From Zygnema circumcarinatum SAG 698-1b (lineage: Eukaryota; Plantae; Zygnematophyceae), in assembly GCA_037447605.1 (NCBI GenBank), contig CM074817.1, positions 1,178,001 to 1,242,000 on the forward strand: 64,000 nucleotides of DNA, in the 5' to 3' direction. Numbering within the stretch: position 1 is the first letter of the stretch; the number at the start of each line of letters is the position of its first letter. Below are positions 35,818 through 49,050 of the stretch, one piece after another. Position numbers and translations under genes: made by a program. The notes under the pieces were generated by a model. That model worked only from the letters and a program-made list of their open reading frames with translations. It made no database searches and had not been told where the DNA came from.

Positions 35818-36396
35818 GTTGGTGGCCCACACCGTACAGTACATAGTTTGAGCCCACACTGGCCGCACACTCCAACGTAGGTCGGCGCCGTTTGATCTTC
35901 CCCTTCTGTAGGTAGGTCCCTGCCGCCCTCTGCCGCCACGTGTCGAGCAGGCACAGTTCCTTCGATTTCTTCTCACGCCACATGTTCATTCCACATGTCA
36001 AAAGCTCATCAACCGCTGTACGGACCGTATGAATTTCCATGCGTCTAAATGGAACTGGAACAAGAATATTGTGAAATTCACGGAACCACAGCGACAAAGG
36101 TCCATACGGACGAGGCTATGGCCATGGCATGCCATGGTGGCCCCCGCAGGTCCTGCTCCATGGCGGCAGTTGCCAGTTAGGGTTTCCTACGGCACTTCCT
36201 GCAACGTCCCTCCCTCACAGGAGTCTTCCAGAGAGCGAGAGAGAGAGGGAGGCGGTTGCAGAGGGGAAGTTGCCTGCCGTCTGCAGGGGTGCTCCTGAAG
36301 GAGTTGCAAGGCTGCAGCTGCTGCTTGCTGCTGTGCTGTGCTGCTTGCCGCAAGAGGAGGGAGGGCGGGTAGAGCGACGGCGGCACGACTCACTGT

Positions 36397-39300
36397 ATGC
36401 ACTCCAAAAGGAGGGTTGCGGAGGTGGACCTCTCGGGCTCTCTCTTGAAGAAGCCCCGTTCTGAGAGTGAGGCAGAGGGGACGGACGGAAGCGCAGCCAT
36501 GGCTGCAACGGGAATTCCTCCTGCCATTGAGATAGATGAGGATCTGCACAGTCGCCAGCTGGCTGTGTATGGCCGGGAAACCATGCGCCGGCTGTTTGGA
36601 GCTAGCGTGCTTGTGTCGGGGTTGAAGGGCCTTGGTGCTGAAATTGGTAAAGCACCTCCCTTGCTCTCTGTATCCAAGAATTGCAGCTGTGGTAGTGAGG
36701 CTTTCTTCGGTGTTATATGGGATTTGCAACCTCTTGAGCAAGATTGAGGTTTCTGTTGTCTATTGTCAGCCAGCGCTGCTTAGATTTGTTTGCTTTCTAT
36801 CCATCCGATCATTGTATTAACAGGCACGAGTGAAGCATTTGAGTAGCTTCAAGGCTACCGCTAAGGCTAAGGCTAAGGCTTTGTAGCTTATCCGTGCAAG
36901 TTTCTATATGTTGTAATTTTACCATTTATGAATAATTTGATCTCTGCCACCCCTTGCATGGGTCATGGCTCAAATAATACTTTTTCAGGAGTGCCTGCCA
37001 TGAGAACTTATCTGTTTTTTTTTTATGAGGGGTGACGGTATTCAGCAAAGAACATCATCCTCGCTGGCGTGAAATCTGTTGCACTTCACGACACAGAAGT
37101 GGTGGAATTGGCGGATTTGTCAGCTCAATTCTACTTGACGGAAGACGACGTAGGAAAAAACAGGGCTGCAGCCTGCGTGAGTAAGCTGGCGGAGCTGAAC
37201 AAGGCTGTCAAAGTGACAGCCGTTACTGAAGATATCGGCAAAGACTTTCTTGGACACTTCCAGGTATTCTGATCTTCCTCTTCACAAGAGAAGCACATCC
37301 ACGCTCATTCTGCGCCTATTTCTCCTCGACAGAAATTTATTTTATTTCATTTCCTAGCTGCAGACGGCAGGCAGACTGTCGTTTTGTGAATCTGCTCTTA
37401 TCAGGGGGTGATGTGCTTTGTCTAGGCAACTTATGTAAATCATTTAAAGTGTATAACTACTATTTCTGTTTTTAGTTTTACTTGTTGAAATTCGGCAAGG
37501 TCTCTGAAGAACTGGTGGTCTTGTTGGTCTTTTTGAATATTAGAAAATGAGATGGATGGAATACTGGAGCGACTCAGTAACTCTTGTCGAATAAGTTTTT
37601 GTCTTTAACTCTGTGTCCCGTCAACTACATGCAGTCCTGCAAAGTCCAATTTTTGCGACGCCACTTCTTGTGGTTCATGATTCAGTTTGCGCGCCTTTAT
37701 ATGTAACGATTTGCATAGCTTGCTACTTGTTCATCTCCCTTGTCTTGTCCCTCTTCTTGTACATCTCCCTTGTCCTTCTTTAACAGGTGGTTGTCTTCAC
37801 TGATATCACGAATGAGAAGGCGGTTGAATACGACAACTTTTGCCGAAGCCATACTCCACCTGTGGCTTTTATTAAAACTGAGATTCGTGGGGTTTTTGGC
37901 TCAATCTTCTGCGATTTTGGACCTTCGTTTGTTGTATTGGATGTCGATGGTGAAGAACTCTTCACCGGAATTATCGCTTCTATATCGAATGATAGTCCTG
38001 CTCTTATAACTTGTGTTGACGATGAGCGACTTCAGTTCCAGGATGGTGACTCCGTCACTTTTACCGAGATTAGGGGAATGAATGAGTTAAATGATGGGAA
38101 GCCGAGAAAAATAAAAAACGTGAAGGCACACTCGTTCAGCCTGGAGGAGGACACCACAAAGTTTGCTCCTTATGAGGGGGGGGGAATTGTCACTGAAGTT
38201 AAACGTCCAAAGGAATTGAAGTTCAAGTCGTTTCAGGAGGCTTTGAAGGAGCCCGGAGAGTTTCTTCTCAGCGATTATTCCAAGTTTGACAGACCTCCTC
38301 TTCTCCATATTGGATTTCAGGCACTTGACAAGTTTAGGGTACTTTCGGGTCGCCTTCCCTTGCCCGGATCAGAAGAAGATGCTGAGAAGTTTGTTCAGCT
38401 TGCGAAGGAGATCAATGACGGGGCTGGCGATATGAAGGTGGAATCTTTGGATGAAAACATACTAAAGCAGCTCGCATCTGGGGCCATTGCTGATTTGAAC
38501 CCCATGGCAGCCATGTTTGGAGGTATTGTTGGTCAAGAGGTGGTCAAAGCCTGCTCCGGAAAGTTTCATCCTCTTTTCCAGGTAGGAAGGAAATGCATCA
38601 CCCGCTTAGTATTAGACCCTTATGGGCTCTCTGGGGATACAACCGATCAAGCTGTCGCACGTGTCGATCAATATTGGCACCTGTTTTTGAAGTTTTTAGC
38701 TCTCGGTTTGTGGACCCATTTAGGAATTTGCCGTTTCTCGCTTCTCTTTCTTCTTTTTTCCCGTGCTTTCTTATACGTTCCCCAGTCCAGCTTTCGTATT
38801 TTGTGACATATTTTGCTGATGAGACAACTGATTGTACATGCTGTACAGTTCTTTTATTTCGATTCAGTGGAGTCCCTTCCAAGTGAGCCTCTGCCTTCAG
38901 AAGAACTTCAACCACGCGGTTCTCGTTATGACGGGCAAATTGCAGTTTTTGGAAGAACTTTTCAGGAAAAATTAGAAAAGATGAAGGTGTTTGTAGTGGG
39001 ATCAGGAGCACTTGGCTGCGAATTCTTTAAGAATTTGGCTCTCATGGGAGTAGCCTGCAGCGAGGAAGGGCAGCTCACAACCACAGACGATGATGTGATT
39101 GAAAAAAGCAATCTCAGCCGTCAATTCCTCTTTCGAGATTGGGACATTGGCCACGCAAAGTCATCTGTGGCTGCAAAAGCAGCGAAGGCCATAAATCCGG
39201 CCCTTAACATCCGTGCTTTGCAAAATCGGGTCAGTCCTGAAACAGAGGATGTGTTTGATGACCATTTTTGGGAGGGTCTTGACGTCATTGTGAACGCTCT

Positions 39301-42242
39301 CGACAATGTGAATGCTAGACTTTATGTGGACGCGCGATGTGTATATTTCCAGAAGCCACTTTTGGAGTCGGGGACATTAGGGCCGAAATGCAACACACAA
39401 ATGGTTATCCCAAAGTTGACAGAGAATTACGGAGCCTCTCGGGACCCCCCAGAAAAGCAGGCGCCAATGTGCACCGTGCATTCCTTCCCTCATAACATTG
39501 ACCATTGTTTAACGTGGGCACGTTCCGAGTTCGAAGGTTTGTTAGAAAAAACTCCTACAGAGGCGAATTTGTATTTAGAAAAACCGGAAGCATATGTGAC
39601 TGCTCAGAAGAAGGCGGGAGATGCTCAGGCGAGGGAGGCAATGGAAAGGGTCGTGGAATGTCTTGTCACAGAACGGTGTACTACATTTGAAGATTGCATT
39701 GCCTGGGCTCGAAACAGGTAACCTGCTGCTATTCTCTAATGAAAACGTTTGGGGTCTTCTTTTCGTTTTTTTTCGGTTTCCATCACACCTATGTTATTCG
39801 GGTTAGGCCCCCTTTGTGGAATCTGCTCCTGTATTGATTGGATATTCTCAGTTTATGGTTAGTATTGTGGCTCATTGTTCACTGCAATCCGCATATGTGT
39901 TTACAGGTTTGAGGACTACTTTGCAAACCGAGTGAAGCAGCTTACTTTTACCTTCCCTCAAGATGCTGCCACTAGTACTGGACTCCCCTTTTGGTCAGCC
40001 CCAAAACGGTTTCCAAATGCGCTCAATTTTGATGTATCCGATGAATCTTATCTCGCCTTTGTACAAGCCGGAGCTATTCTTCGTGCCGAATCTTTTGGCA
40101 TTTCTCGGCCGAAGTGGGCAAACGACCTTTCTGAAATAGCAAAAGCTGTGGGCAAAGTTGACGTTCCCGAGTTCACTCCTAAACGGGTTGGCAATTCAAC
40201 CCTTCCTTCTGCTAAGGCTGGTCTATGGGCAATAAAAAAGTACAAAGCAGGACTCGAGAGGAAGTTGCTTTTGGTTCGGACTTTTGTGTACTTATTGAAG
40301 TTACCTTGTTTCTAAGGTATTTCTCCGACTTCCTCTCTGTCTGTGTGTTCTCACAGGGAGTGAAGATTGTGACGGATGAGAAGGCAACCGATCTGCGAAG
40401 CTCTGCAATGGATGATGATGTGGTGATCGACGGTCTGGCAAAACGTTTGCAGGAGGGCTGTAGCGACCTACCATCCGGCTTCAGAATGTCTCCCATTATC
40501 TTCGAAAAGGTAGGAATGTTAACTTGCCTGACAAGCTTTCTAAAAAACAATCTACTGCATTCCATGATACAGGTTTAGTGCTTTGACTTCCTGCACCAAC
40601 CTGCAATCCTGATATATATGTGTGACTTTTTTCCATGTGTGTGAATGCTAATGCTGTAGTAATGTAATGCTTACTCAGAAGTGCTCTTGATACATGTGGG
40701 TTTTGCAGGACGATGATAGCAACTTTCACATGGACTTCATTGCGGGTCTTGCCAACATGCGAGCGCGAAATTACTCCATTCAGGAAGTGGACAAGTTGAA
40801 AGCGAAGTTCATCGCGGGCAGAATCATTCCTGCCATCGCAACTACCACTGCTTTGGCAACAGGTGGCCCCTCTTTTTGGATCACTCTTTAAAGTTTCAAA
40901 CCTCCGCAGGGCAAGGATGTTCCTCGGAAATGCTTCTTGAACCCCTTTTCGAGCTTTGCAAGCTTTAGCTTTTTGGTTCTTTCGTGTGCTTTCTTTCACA
41001 AGTAACTGTATTTCTTTCTGCTTCGAGGATTGACCTGCATGTTTTCAGTTTTTAAACTGACTGTGACCTGGAATTTCGTATCACTTGCCATGCGTAGGTG
41101 TGCTTTTTCCTGATTAGTTATGATTGATAGAAAGAGGCTTTTTTTCTGGATTGCAGGACTTGTCTGCTTGGAGCTATATAAGGTGCTACTTAAGCACCCT
41201 ATGGAGAAGTACCGAAACACATTCGCCAATCTTGCTTTGCCTCTCTTTTCCATGGCGGAGCCTATTGCTCCAAAGACATTCAAGCACGAGGAGTATTCGT
41301 GGTCTATATGGGATCGATGGACAGTGGAGGGAGACGTTACTCTCAGGGAGCTTCTGGAATGGTTTTCTGCCAAAAACCTGATCGCCTATAGGTGAGCCTA
41401 AAGCCCTAATCAAGAGCTGTTTTTGGCCTTTGGAGGGCCAAGCTATCGATGTTGAGAGAGGCCTTCTGGTTAGTTTCAGCACACACAATACCTTTGGTTT
41501 AAGTTCAGCTTTATGTTTACTTCATGCAATTTCGGGGACTTTTTTTTGTCCTCGTTTCATTTCGCACATGTTCTTCTTTTCTTGCCTTCAACCAGCTCCA
41601 TATTGCGTATTGTCTTTGCCAATTTGCTTTTTCCCTTCTGGGGAAAAACGATGTCTTTTTCCTTCTGGGATAGAGCCATTGGTGTAGGACCTCTCGGGGA
41701 TTAGGGTTTTTTCAGATTTCAGGGCCCTGTTTTTTAGGATTTTCAGCTACTATGGCTTCCGGAACTTTCAGATGCTAGAGTTTCCAAGACTATTAAGTCT
41801 TAGTTGTGAGGAAACAATACGTTCCAGCCCTTTTTAAGGTATAGCTTGAGGATTCTCACGTACTGGGGTTTCGATATTTTCACGCATAGTTTTGAGGAAT
41901 CTCAGGCATTAGGGTTCTGGGTTCTGGCCCTTTCAGGTTACAGTTTTGAGGATTCTCAGGTACTCCAGTTTCCAGCATTCTAGGGTATGCTCTGACCCTA
42001 AAAAGAGTGCCAACTCCTCCCTTTCCTTTGTGTGCAGCATCTCCTGCGGACAAGCTCTCCTCTACAACAACATTTTTCCGAACCACAAGCAGCGAATGGA
42101 CAAGAAGGTATCCAGCCTCGCCAAGGAGATCGCCAAAATCCAAATTCCCTCCTACCGGCGCCACTTCGACATCGTGGTGGCGTGTGAAGACGAGGAGGCG
42201 AACGACCTCGATGTGCCGCTCATTTCCATCAAATTCGCTTAA
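36397..42242 (+). CDS. UBA1: Ubiquitin-activating enzyme E1
   Basis: [21 protein letters not shown]; [11 protein letters not shown]; [16 protein letters not shown]; [17 protein letters not shown]; [15 protein letters not shown] (catalytic Cys); [25 protein letters not shown]; [10 protein letters not shown]; C-terminal UFD ..[12 protein letters not shown]. About 9 exons. Confidence 0.98.
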
Positions 42243-42296
42243 GGGCTACTACTATTGATCAGCGCATTGCTGGGACCTACCCGAGGAAGCCATGGT

Positions 42297-42335
42297 TGGA
42301 TGGATGGATGGATGGATGGATGGATGGATGGATGG
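42297..42335. repeat. (GGAT)n microsatellite in the UBA1 3' region
   Basis: TGGATGGATGGATG... Confidence 0.9.
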
Positions 42336-43325
42336 TTACGAATAAGAGAAGACGAGTATGGGGTGGGACTATTGGAGAGCTTTGGCTTAGTGCTCATTAT
42401 TGTGCCCATTGGAACATGAGCATTTGTGGACTCTTGTTCATCCGAGGGTGACGATATGAATGGCGATGGATGCTTTTGTTCCGTGTTTTGGGTTTAGGGT
42501 TTGCCGATTTTCTCCGAGTTTTTCTCGGGACTTCACGTTTTTTAGGGCTTCTGGGATTCATGCAGAGGTTCCTGCAGAGCCTAAATCCTCAGAAAGGCAT
42601 TGTGCAGAATTTTTTGCAAAGGGTTCGCGTTTTGGTATGGCCAATCACGAGCTGAAAGCATAAAAAACCTTCAGTCCAGTAAAAGAATAAATAAAATTTG
42701 ACCATAATCTTAACAAATGTGTGAAGTTAAAATGTCGAAGCCAAATGATCTGACTGGTATTGCCGCAGTATTCTCTAAACTCAAAAGAATGTCCTTGTCG
42801 ACGCCGTTTGTCGATGTCAAAATTCTAAAGTTCAAGTCAAGAAAACGTCCTAACCTTGCCTTCCTTGTATGGTGAATGAGAACCCTTTGCACAAGTGCAC
42901 ATTATAAGGGCTGTTGCACTGAATTCCTACGGTACATTGCAGGAGTACGAAGTCAGAGTTGCTGGTTGCAAAAATAGACTTCCTCTAACTCCTCTCTCTC
43001 TAAAACTGGTCAATCCAATGTTGGCCCTTACTTTGCAGGCTATCAAATTAAAGGCTGCACTCAAAGGCCAACGCATTACCAGCGTTCATTTCTCATCGAA
43101 TATGAGCTCTCCACTTGCGAACTGTTATAGGACCTGACTCGGGCTTCTCGCGCGTTGTAAAGATACGTTCTCACGGTGCGATGGAAAAAAAACCATCTCA
43201 TTTCTTGCTACATACATGCCGCCTCGATTGAGCGGATACGCGAACAAGTTATTTTTTACGACTTCTCATATCTATGTATGCTCCAATCAAACAGGAGGCA
43301 CTACGATGTACAACAACCGCAAGAA

Positions 43326-43794
43326 TTATCTTTTCTTTTTACTTTGAGAGATCATCATCCATCCCACAAAAATGGCCACAAATGAAAGCAAGGCTACTGC
43401 TGCTCCAACAGGGATCAAAACTGCATAGACATGAGGCAGGAAATAGCTGTGGATGAAATGATCCTCCGGCATGAAAGGCTGTTTGCAAGCGCAATATGCA
43501 CATGACACCGTATGCATAGGGTTAGCAGTTATACTTCGTAACAACAGCAGGATATGCCAAAATTTAAGCAAATATTCAGGACACCTATCATAATTTAGGG
43601 ATTCTGTTGTGTGTTTGAGGACGTGTTTCTGTACTACAGTCCTACCGCGACACAGTTCACAAATGAAAAGCTTTCAGACATGGCAGGAAAAAGAAACTGA
43701 CCGTGATGATCACCCATGTCGTATAGTACACAAACCCCGCAATGCTCAAGAAAAGGAGAGAGGCGCCGAATGCTCTGTCGCTGAGTTCCGCCAT
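43326..43794 (-). CDS. DPM2: Dolichol-phosphate mannose synthase regulatory subunit 2 (two exons)
   Basis: MAELSDRAFGASLLFLSIAGFVYYTTWVIIT / PFMPEDHFIHSYFLPHVYAVLIPVGAAVALLSFVAIFVGWMMISQSKKKR*. Confidence 0.92.
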
Positions 43795-45435
43795 GGCTGC
43801 AGGTTTCTTTATTTCTCTCCTTAGTGTCCCTTCGTCGCTTCCTCTCACTCCCACTGGGCCTCTCCCTCCTTCGCGAGAATGTCGAGAGAGGGAATGAAGA
43901 AATGGGAAAGCAGGAAAACACACACAGATTGATGGCACGAGAGGAGTGAGAGAGTGAGGGGGAGAGTGAGGTGGAGAGAGTGAGAGAGAGAAAGACCTGC
44001 AGGATCGAGAGTAGCCTACGCTGCCACCTGGCGCCCTTCGGGTGGTATGTACGGCCCAACGCTGATTGGCGCGTGCGTAAAATTTTCCTCCAAAACTTTT
44101 TTCATCTCCTCTGCGAGAGCTCTGCCCCGCTGCCACTCAAAAGTAAATGAAAGAAATAAATATTAGGGAGAAAGAGATAGTGAGAGAGAAAGAAAGAGAT
44201 AGTTAGAGAGAGAGAGAGAGAGAGAGAGTGAGGGAGAGAGAGAGGATCAGAAATAGAATAAAACAATAGCAAAGTGAGATACTATGCTGTTTGATACGGG
44301 GGCCTTCGAAATTTACTGTCACGGATTTTTGGTGAGTTCCGTGTTCCCTGCTTTCATTGTTTCTTAGCCAGCCATTGCATTCGATGGGATTTTACGAATT
44401 CACGAATATCTGGGCGCGTTTTTTGGTTCCATTCGTTAAGCTTTAAAACCGGTTTTAGGGTTGTGGGACTCCAGTTTTCAGGTCTTTAGGGTTTTCAGGG
44501 TTCAAAAGTTTAGAGTTTCTCGTGATTTGCAAGTGTTGGGATTTTGGAATTTGGGGGCTCCGATGTTTAGGGTTGTGCTTGTTGTGTTACTGAAACTGAA
44601 CGGAAACGCGGTTGCATGCAGGTCTTTTCGCGTCTAGCGGAAGGTGAGCTTCCAGCTTTCAAAGATGTGGTCGCCGGCATCCGGAGAGTATTGGAAAGGA
44701 AATATCTCCATGAATACTCTTGATTCAGGCCAGTTTCAATTGCAGTTCAATTGCTCTCAAATTTATTCAAATGTATGAATGGGAGAGAGGAGGGAGGGGG
44801 AAGGAGGAGGGGAGTGGGGAGTGGGGCTAAAATGAGCTAAAGAAAGGAATAAATTTCACAACAGTGTCCTATCACCTTATTTTTTTTTTTCTACGGGTCG
44901 GTATAAAGTTCAAAATATGTTCAGCCGCTTTTTGTTTCCTTTGCAAATTATGTGTCAAATGTACGCGATGGGAGTCGCACTTTAAAAATGAGAGAAATGG
45001 AGGGTGGGCAGATGCCTGTTCATTCCTTCTTCGAGGACCGCTTGGTTAACAGAGTGTTAAGCTTTTACTTAGAAGCAAACGGCACTAACACTAACACTCC
45101 TGCACAAACAAAAGGGTCACGATGCAAGTTCAAGGGCCCATGTTGGCAGGCTTCGATGTTCTTAAAAGTAAATGCAGCAAGTACAGCTTATATCAATGGT
45201 TCCATTTTAGGTGGAGATAACATAAAATACAAAATTTATTTTCTTGTTTGAAATTACTAAATCGTAAGAAAAAAAGAGAAAAAGGGCATTTTTATTTTAT
45301 TTATATGCATGTGTGCGAGGACTTACGACAGGCAGACAGCTTCCTTCCCGTGCAGAAAAAAGCACCTCCTTTTTTTAGGGCGTCGCAGCGCTCCCACAGA
45401 CGGCCCTGCAATAGCGCCGCCCCATTGCATCGGTA

Positions 45436-46380
45436 ACGATACTATGCTCGATACCGATAATATATCGTGGACGATACACTATGCTACTGGCGATACTATA
45501 TCGTCAACAATATTATGACGTCTACGATATTACACCGTGGGCGATACTTGCATGCGATATTGTATCGCTGACGATAGTATATCGCAAACAATACTGACTC
45601 GCAAAAGATAATGTATCGCACGCGTTTCTGTATCGCAAGCGATATTATATCTCAAACGATACTGTCTTACAAACGAGACTGTATCGTAGTATTGTATCAC
45701 AAACGATATTGTATCGCAAACGCTATTCTGACATAGACGATATTGTCTCTCAAACAAGAGTGCATCGCAGGCGATATCGTATCGCAAATGAGATTGTATC
45801 GCAGACTTATATTGTTCGTAAACGATGGTGTATCGCAAAATATATTGTGTCTCAGGCGATATTGTATCTCATACGATATTATATCGCAAACGATACGATT
45901 TCGATTTACGATTTACGATTTATACTGTAAATCTGACTATGCTGTATCGCAAACAATATTATATTGCAGACGATAATATATCGTAGACGACATTGTATCG
46001 CAAACGGTATTGTATTGCAAACGCTATTGTATCGTATACGCTATTGTATCTCAGACGATATTGTATTGAAAACGATATTGTATTGCTGACTATGCTGTAT
46101 CGCAAACGATACTGTATCGCAAACGATACTGTATCGCAAACGGCATTGCCACGATATTGTATCGCAAATGGTATTGTATTGCAAACGATATTGTATCAAT
46201 TGAGATTGTATCGCAGACGACATCGTATCGCCAACGCTAGCATATCGCAAATAATACTGTATCGCATGCAATAGTGTATCGATCCAACAATGTATCGGTG
46301 GCGATAAAAAAAGCGATATTGTACCTCGAGCGATACTGTATCGCAAACGATATTGTACTGTACACGATATTGTATCTCGA
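45436..46380 (+). repeat. Degenerate 17-bp minisatellite array, consensus ACGATATTGTATCGCAA (about 55 units by length)
   Basis: Recurrent CGATA-TTG-TATCG palindromic core, e.g. CAAACGATATTGTATCGCAAACG. Confidence 0.92.
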
Positions 46381-47039
46381 GAAGAGAGAAAAGGCATTTT
46401 CAAATTGTTCGACACTGGTCATGAAATGGCGCAAAAACGCCAAAAAAAATACAGAAAGATGAGGACGACGACGATGGCCTTGCAGCTAAAGCGACTTTCA
46501 GCCAAGTTTCTCAACTGACGAAGGAGAGACTCAATTACAACTGACCTTGAATAAAACTAAAACTAAAACTACACAATGGACTGAACAAAAAAAAAACGCA
46601 ACGACCATGAACTCTGCTGGACAACGAAGAGCAAAAAGTTGCTCTAAATAGTCACTCTTCACAAATCATTATTATTCAGCTTCAGTCTAAATTTCCCTTA
46701 ACCTGATCTGAACTGAACTGAAATAGAAAATGAAGCTGAATAACGAATGTGGAATGAAATAAAAAAGCAGCACTCATGATGTTGCTGACGACCCTGCAAC
46801 GTTCAGCAAGTAGACGACTTGCTCCGCCTCCCTTTCTCCGCTTATTCCACTCTCACTGTACAAAAAACGAACTGAACTGAGCCCCGATGTTGGGCCCGGA
46901 ACCAATCTGACGAGCAGGGACCACCGCCTTCCATGCCCCCCTGCGTCCCCTCCCTTCTTTTTTCCCACCCTTCCCCCCTCCCTTCCTCCCTCCCTCCTTC
47001 CCCTCCCTCCCGAGAGGCAAGCGGGCCTAGACTGGAGGC

Positions 47040-48496
47040 TTAGAATACAAGCCCAAACGGCTCCTCCTTCCGCCACATGAACCACACATGCCGCACCTTG
47101 AGGGTGGGCTCCCACACCTCTACCTGCGGGTGCCAAAGAAGGCGATCGAACACAATCGGCCATAACCAGCGCACCCACTCCTCGTCCCCCTCCCACCCTG
47201 CATTGCGAAACCCCGCGAGAACCCACTCCCGCAACTGCTCCGCTTTCACACACGGCTCGGCGTGATCAACGCAAAACTTGAGCCTCCCCACAGCCTGCTC
47301 CGCCCACAGCATGCAACATTCATTCATCATCGGTCAGTTCATGCATTTCCGCAGTAAAGCGAACTCAAAGCAGCTACATCAAGCAAAGGCTGCAAAACTT
47401 GTTTTCTGATCCATTTCTTTATTTCAGAGATAAGTTATCCAAACAATCCCGCGGCTTTGCATGGAGGTGCACATACCGTGTCAAACATCTTCTCAAACAA
47501 TCGGTCCAACTTCTTCTTCATCAGCAGATTGGTGATGTCGAGGACAATCAGTGTGACAAGAAGGAGGGAGAGTGTCAACTGCAAAAGGTCCCATGCGGAC
47601 TTGTCGAAGAAGTCGACCTTCAGTGACACAAAGACCCAAGCCACGAGCATGTAGCCACCCGAGCGCATGATAGACTCTCCTTCCGCTGTCTTTGTAGCGG
47701 AGCGCAGAACTGCACAGAGATACACACGCACAAACACCCCTGTATTCCTTCAGTTATTCCGACCATCAAGCTAATGAAGCTGCAGGCACTCAACCTAACC
47801 TTGGTTGTAATTCCATACCCCCAACCCTCATCATGAACCTGTTCCTGTCACTGCCAATTTTGATCGATTACGAAGTCAAACAATAGAAAGAAATTGAACC
47901 TACAACTCAACCTTTCAAGACAAAGAGCCAATTTATTCCAGTCGAGAGTTCAGAACCAAACCTGTGTGCTGCGTGGAATAATCCACCCGCGCGCTATTCT
48001 CTAGGCTGTAAAGGCTTCTGAGCGAAGCATCCTCCAAGTGAGGGTTCTGCAAAGCAAACGGGAAAGCTCGTTAGCTTCAAAATAAACATTGTACTTGGTT
48101 TCCCGGATGGAGCTATCGCGTAATCGGACAAGTGGTTGCGCCTTGCAACAATCCTTTCATTACCTTACTGTAATAATGCACCGAAAGTTCCTTCAGATGC
48201 ATAAGCGACAACAGATTGCACATCCTGGCGACGAACGCTCCCAAAAGGACAAACACAATCGCCAGCTGCACAAACTCCCATTGCGTGAAGAGCGTGCCCC
48301 TCGCGGCCCACACCAACACATTCAAGAGCAGCACCGCGACAGGGCCCATGCTGAATTGGTCGTTCAACCGAGGCCGCACATCCTCCGTCTCAATCGTCTC
48401 AACTGTCTCAACCGTCTCAAATATCTCATCCGTCTCCATTGGCACCGCAGTATCCAATTCCTCCACCCTCCCCACATGGAACGCAAGGCCCGCCAT
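47040..48496 (-). CDS. Unidentified membrane protein (acidic N-terminus, about 4 TM segments, C-terminal Trp-rich domain resembling a MAN1/Src1 winged helix)
   Basis: Three phase-compatible exons: 48496-~48170 (MAGLAFH..HYY), ~47710-47478 (ILRSATK..KKKLDRLFEKMFDT) and ~47295-47040 (AVGRLKFCVDHAEPCVKAEQLREWVL..WLWPIVFDRLLWHPQVEVWEPTLK). The 3' end is uncertain; an extra exon near 46774-46860 is possible. Confidence 0.6.
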
Positions 48497-48629
48497 GGCT
48501 GCCGGCGGAGAGCAGAGAGCTGAGAGCTTGAGCTTGGTAGGTAGGGAGGAGGGCGAGAGAGAGAGAGAAAGTGCAAGGGGGCACAGGGAGGGGGGGCCTC
48601 CTTATAACTACCCGCAGGATGGACCAATC

Positions 48630-48990
48630 GGGAGATGCCACGTGGATAACAGTTCCAACGTGGCGCGCGCTGATTGGCGGTCGGTTGGCGCTGCGTGCTG
48701 GGCACGTTCCCACCACGCGTGCGAGAGTGGATTGCCTGGTGCCTGTACGCGGATAAGGCCGCGGTGAGCCCACACCGTGGCCCGGAGAGCGCCACGTGCT
48801 CCCCGCAGACGCGGCATGCGCTGCTTGACGCGTGTTGCGATAACCTGCGACGCCAGGCGACGAAGTACGACGGACGTGCGACGGTCCTCCCATCCCGCGG
48901 GACGCGCTTTTCCACACGCCTGTAGCCGGATAGCGACAAGGGCCGAATGGGATAACGCCACGTGGCGTAGGGCTGACGTGGCATTGCCCA
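48630..48990. promoter_or_regulatory. GC-rich upstream region with clustered G-box/ABRE-like motifs
   Basis: GCCACGTGG (~48637, ~48957), GCCACGTGC (~48790), CCAACGTGGC (~48655) and CTGACGTGGC (~48974), upstream of the minus-strand gene starting at 48496. Confidence 0.4.
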
Positions 48991-49050
48991 TGTGAGGAAG
49001 GTGGGCGACGCTTGTTTTACGATTCGCGGACAGGGGAAGGCACAGATAGG

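Noticed and set aside
13608-42242. Functional ubiquitin gene cluster (UCH plus UBA1)
   Set aside because: The genes are ~19 kb apart with unrelated genes between them; chance proximity is sufficient.
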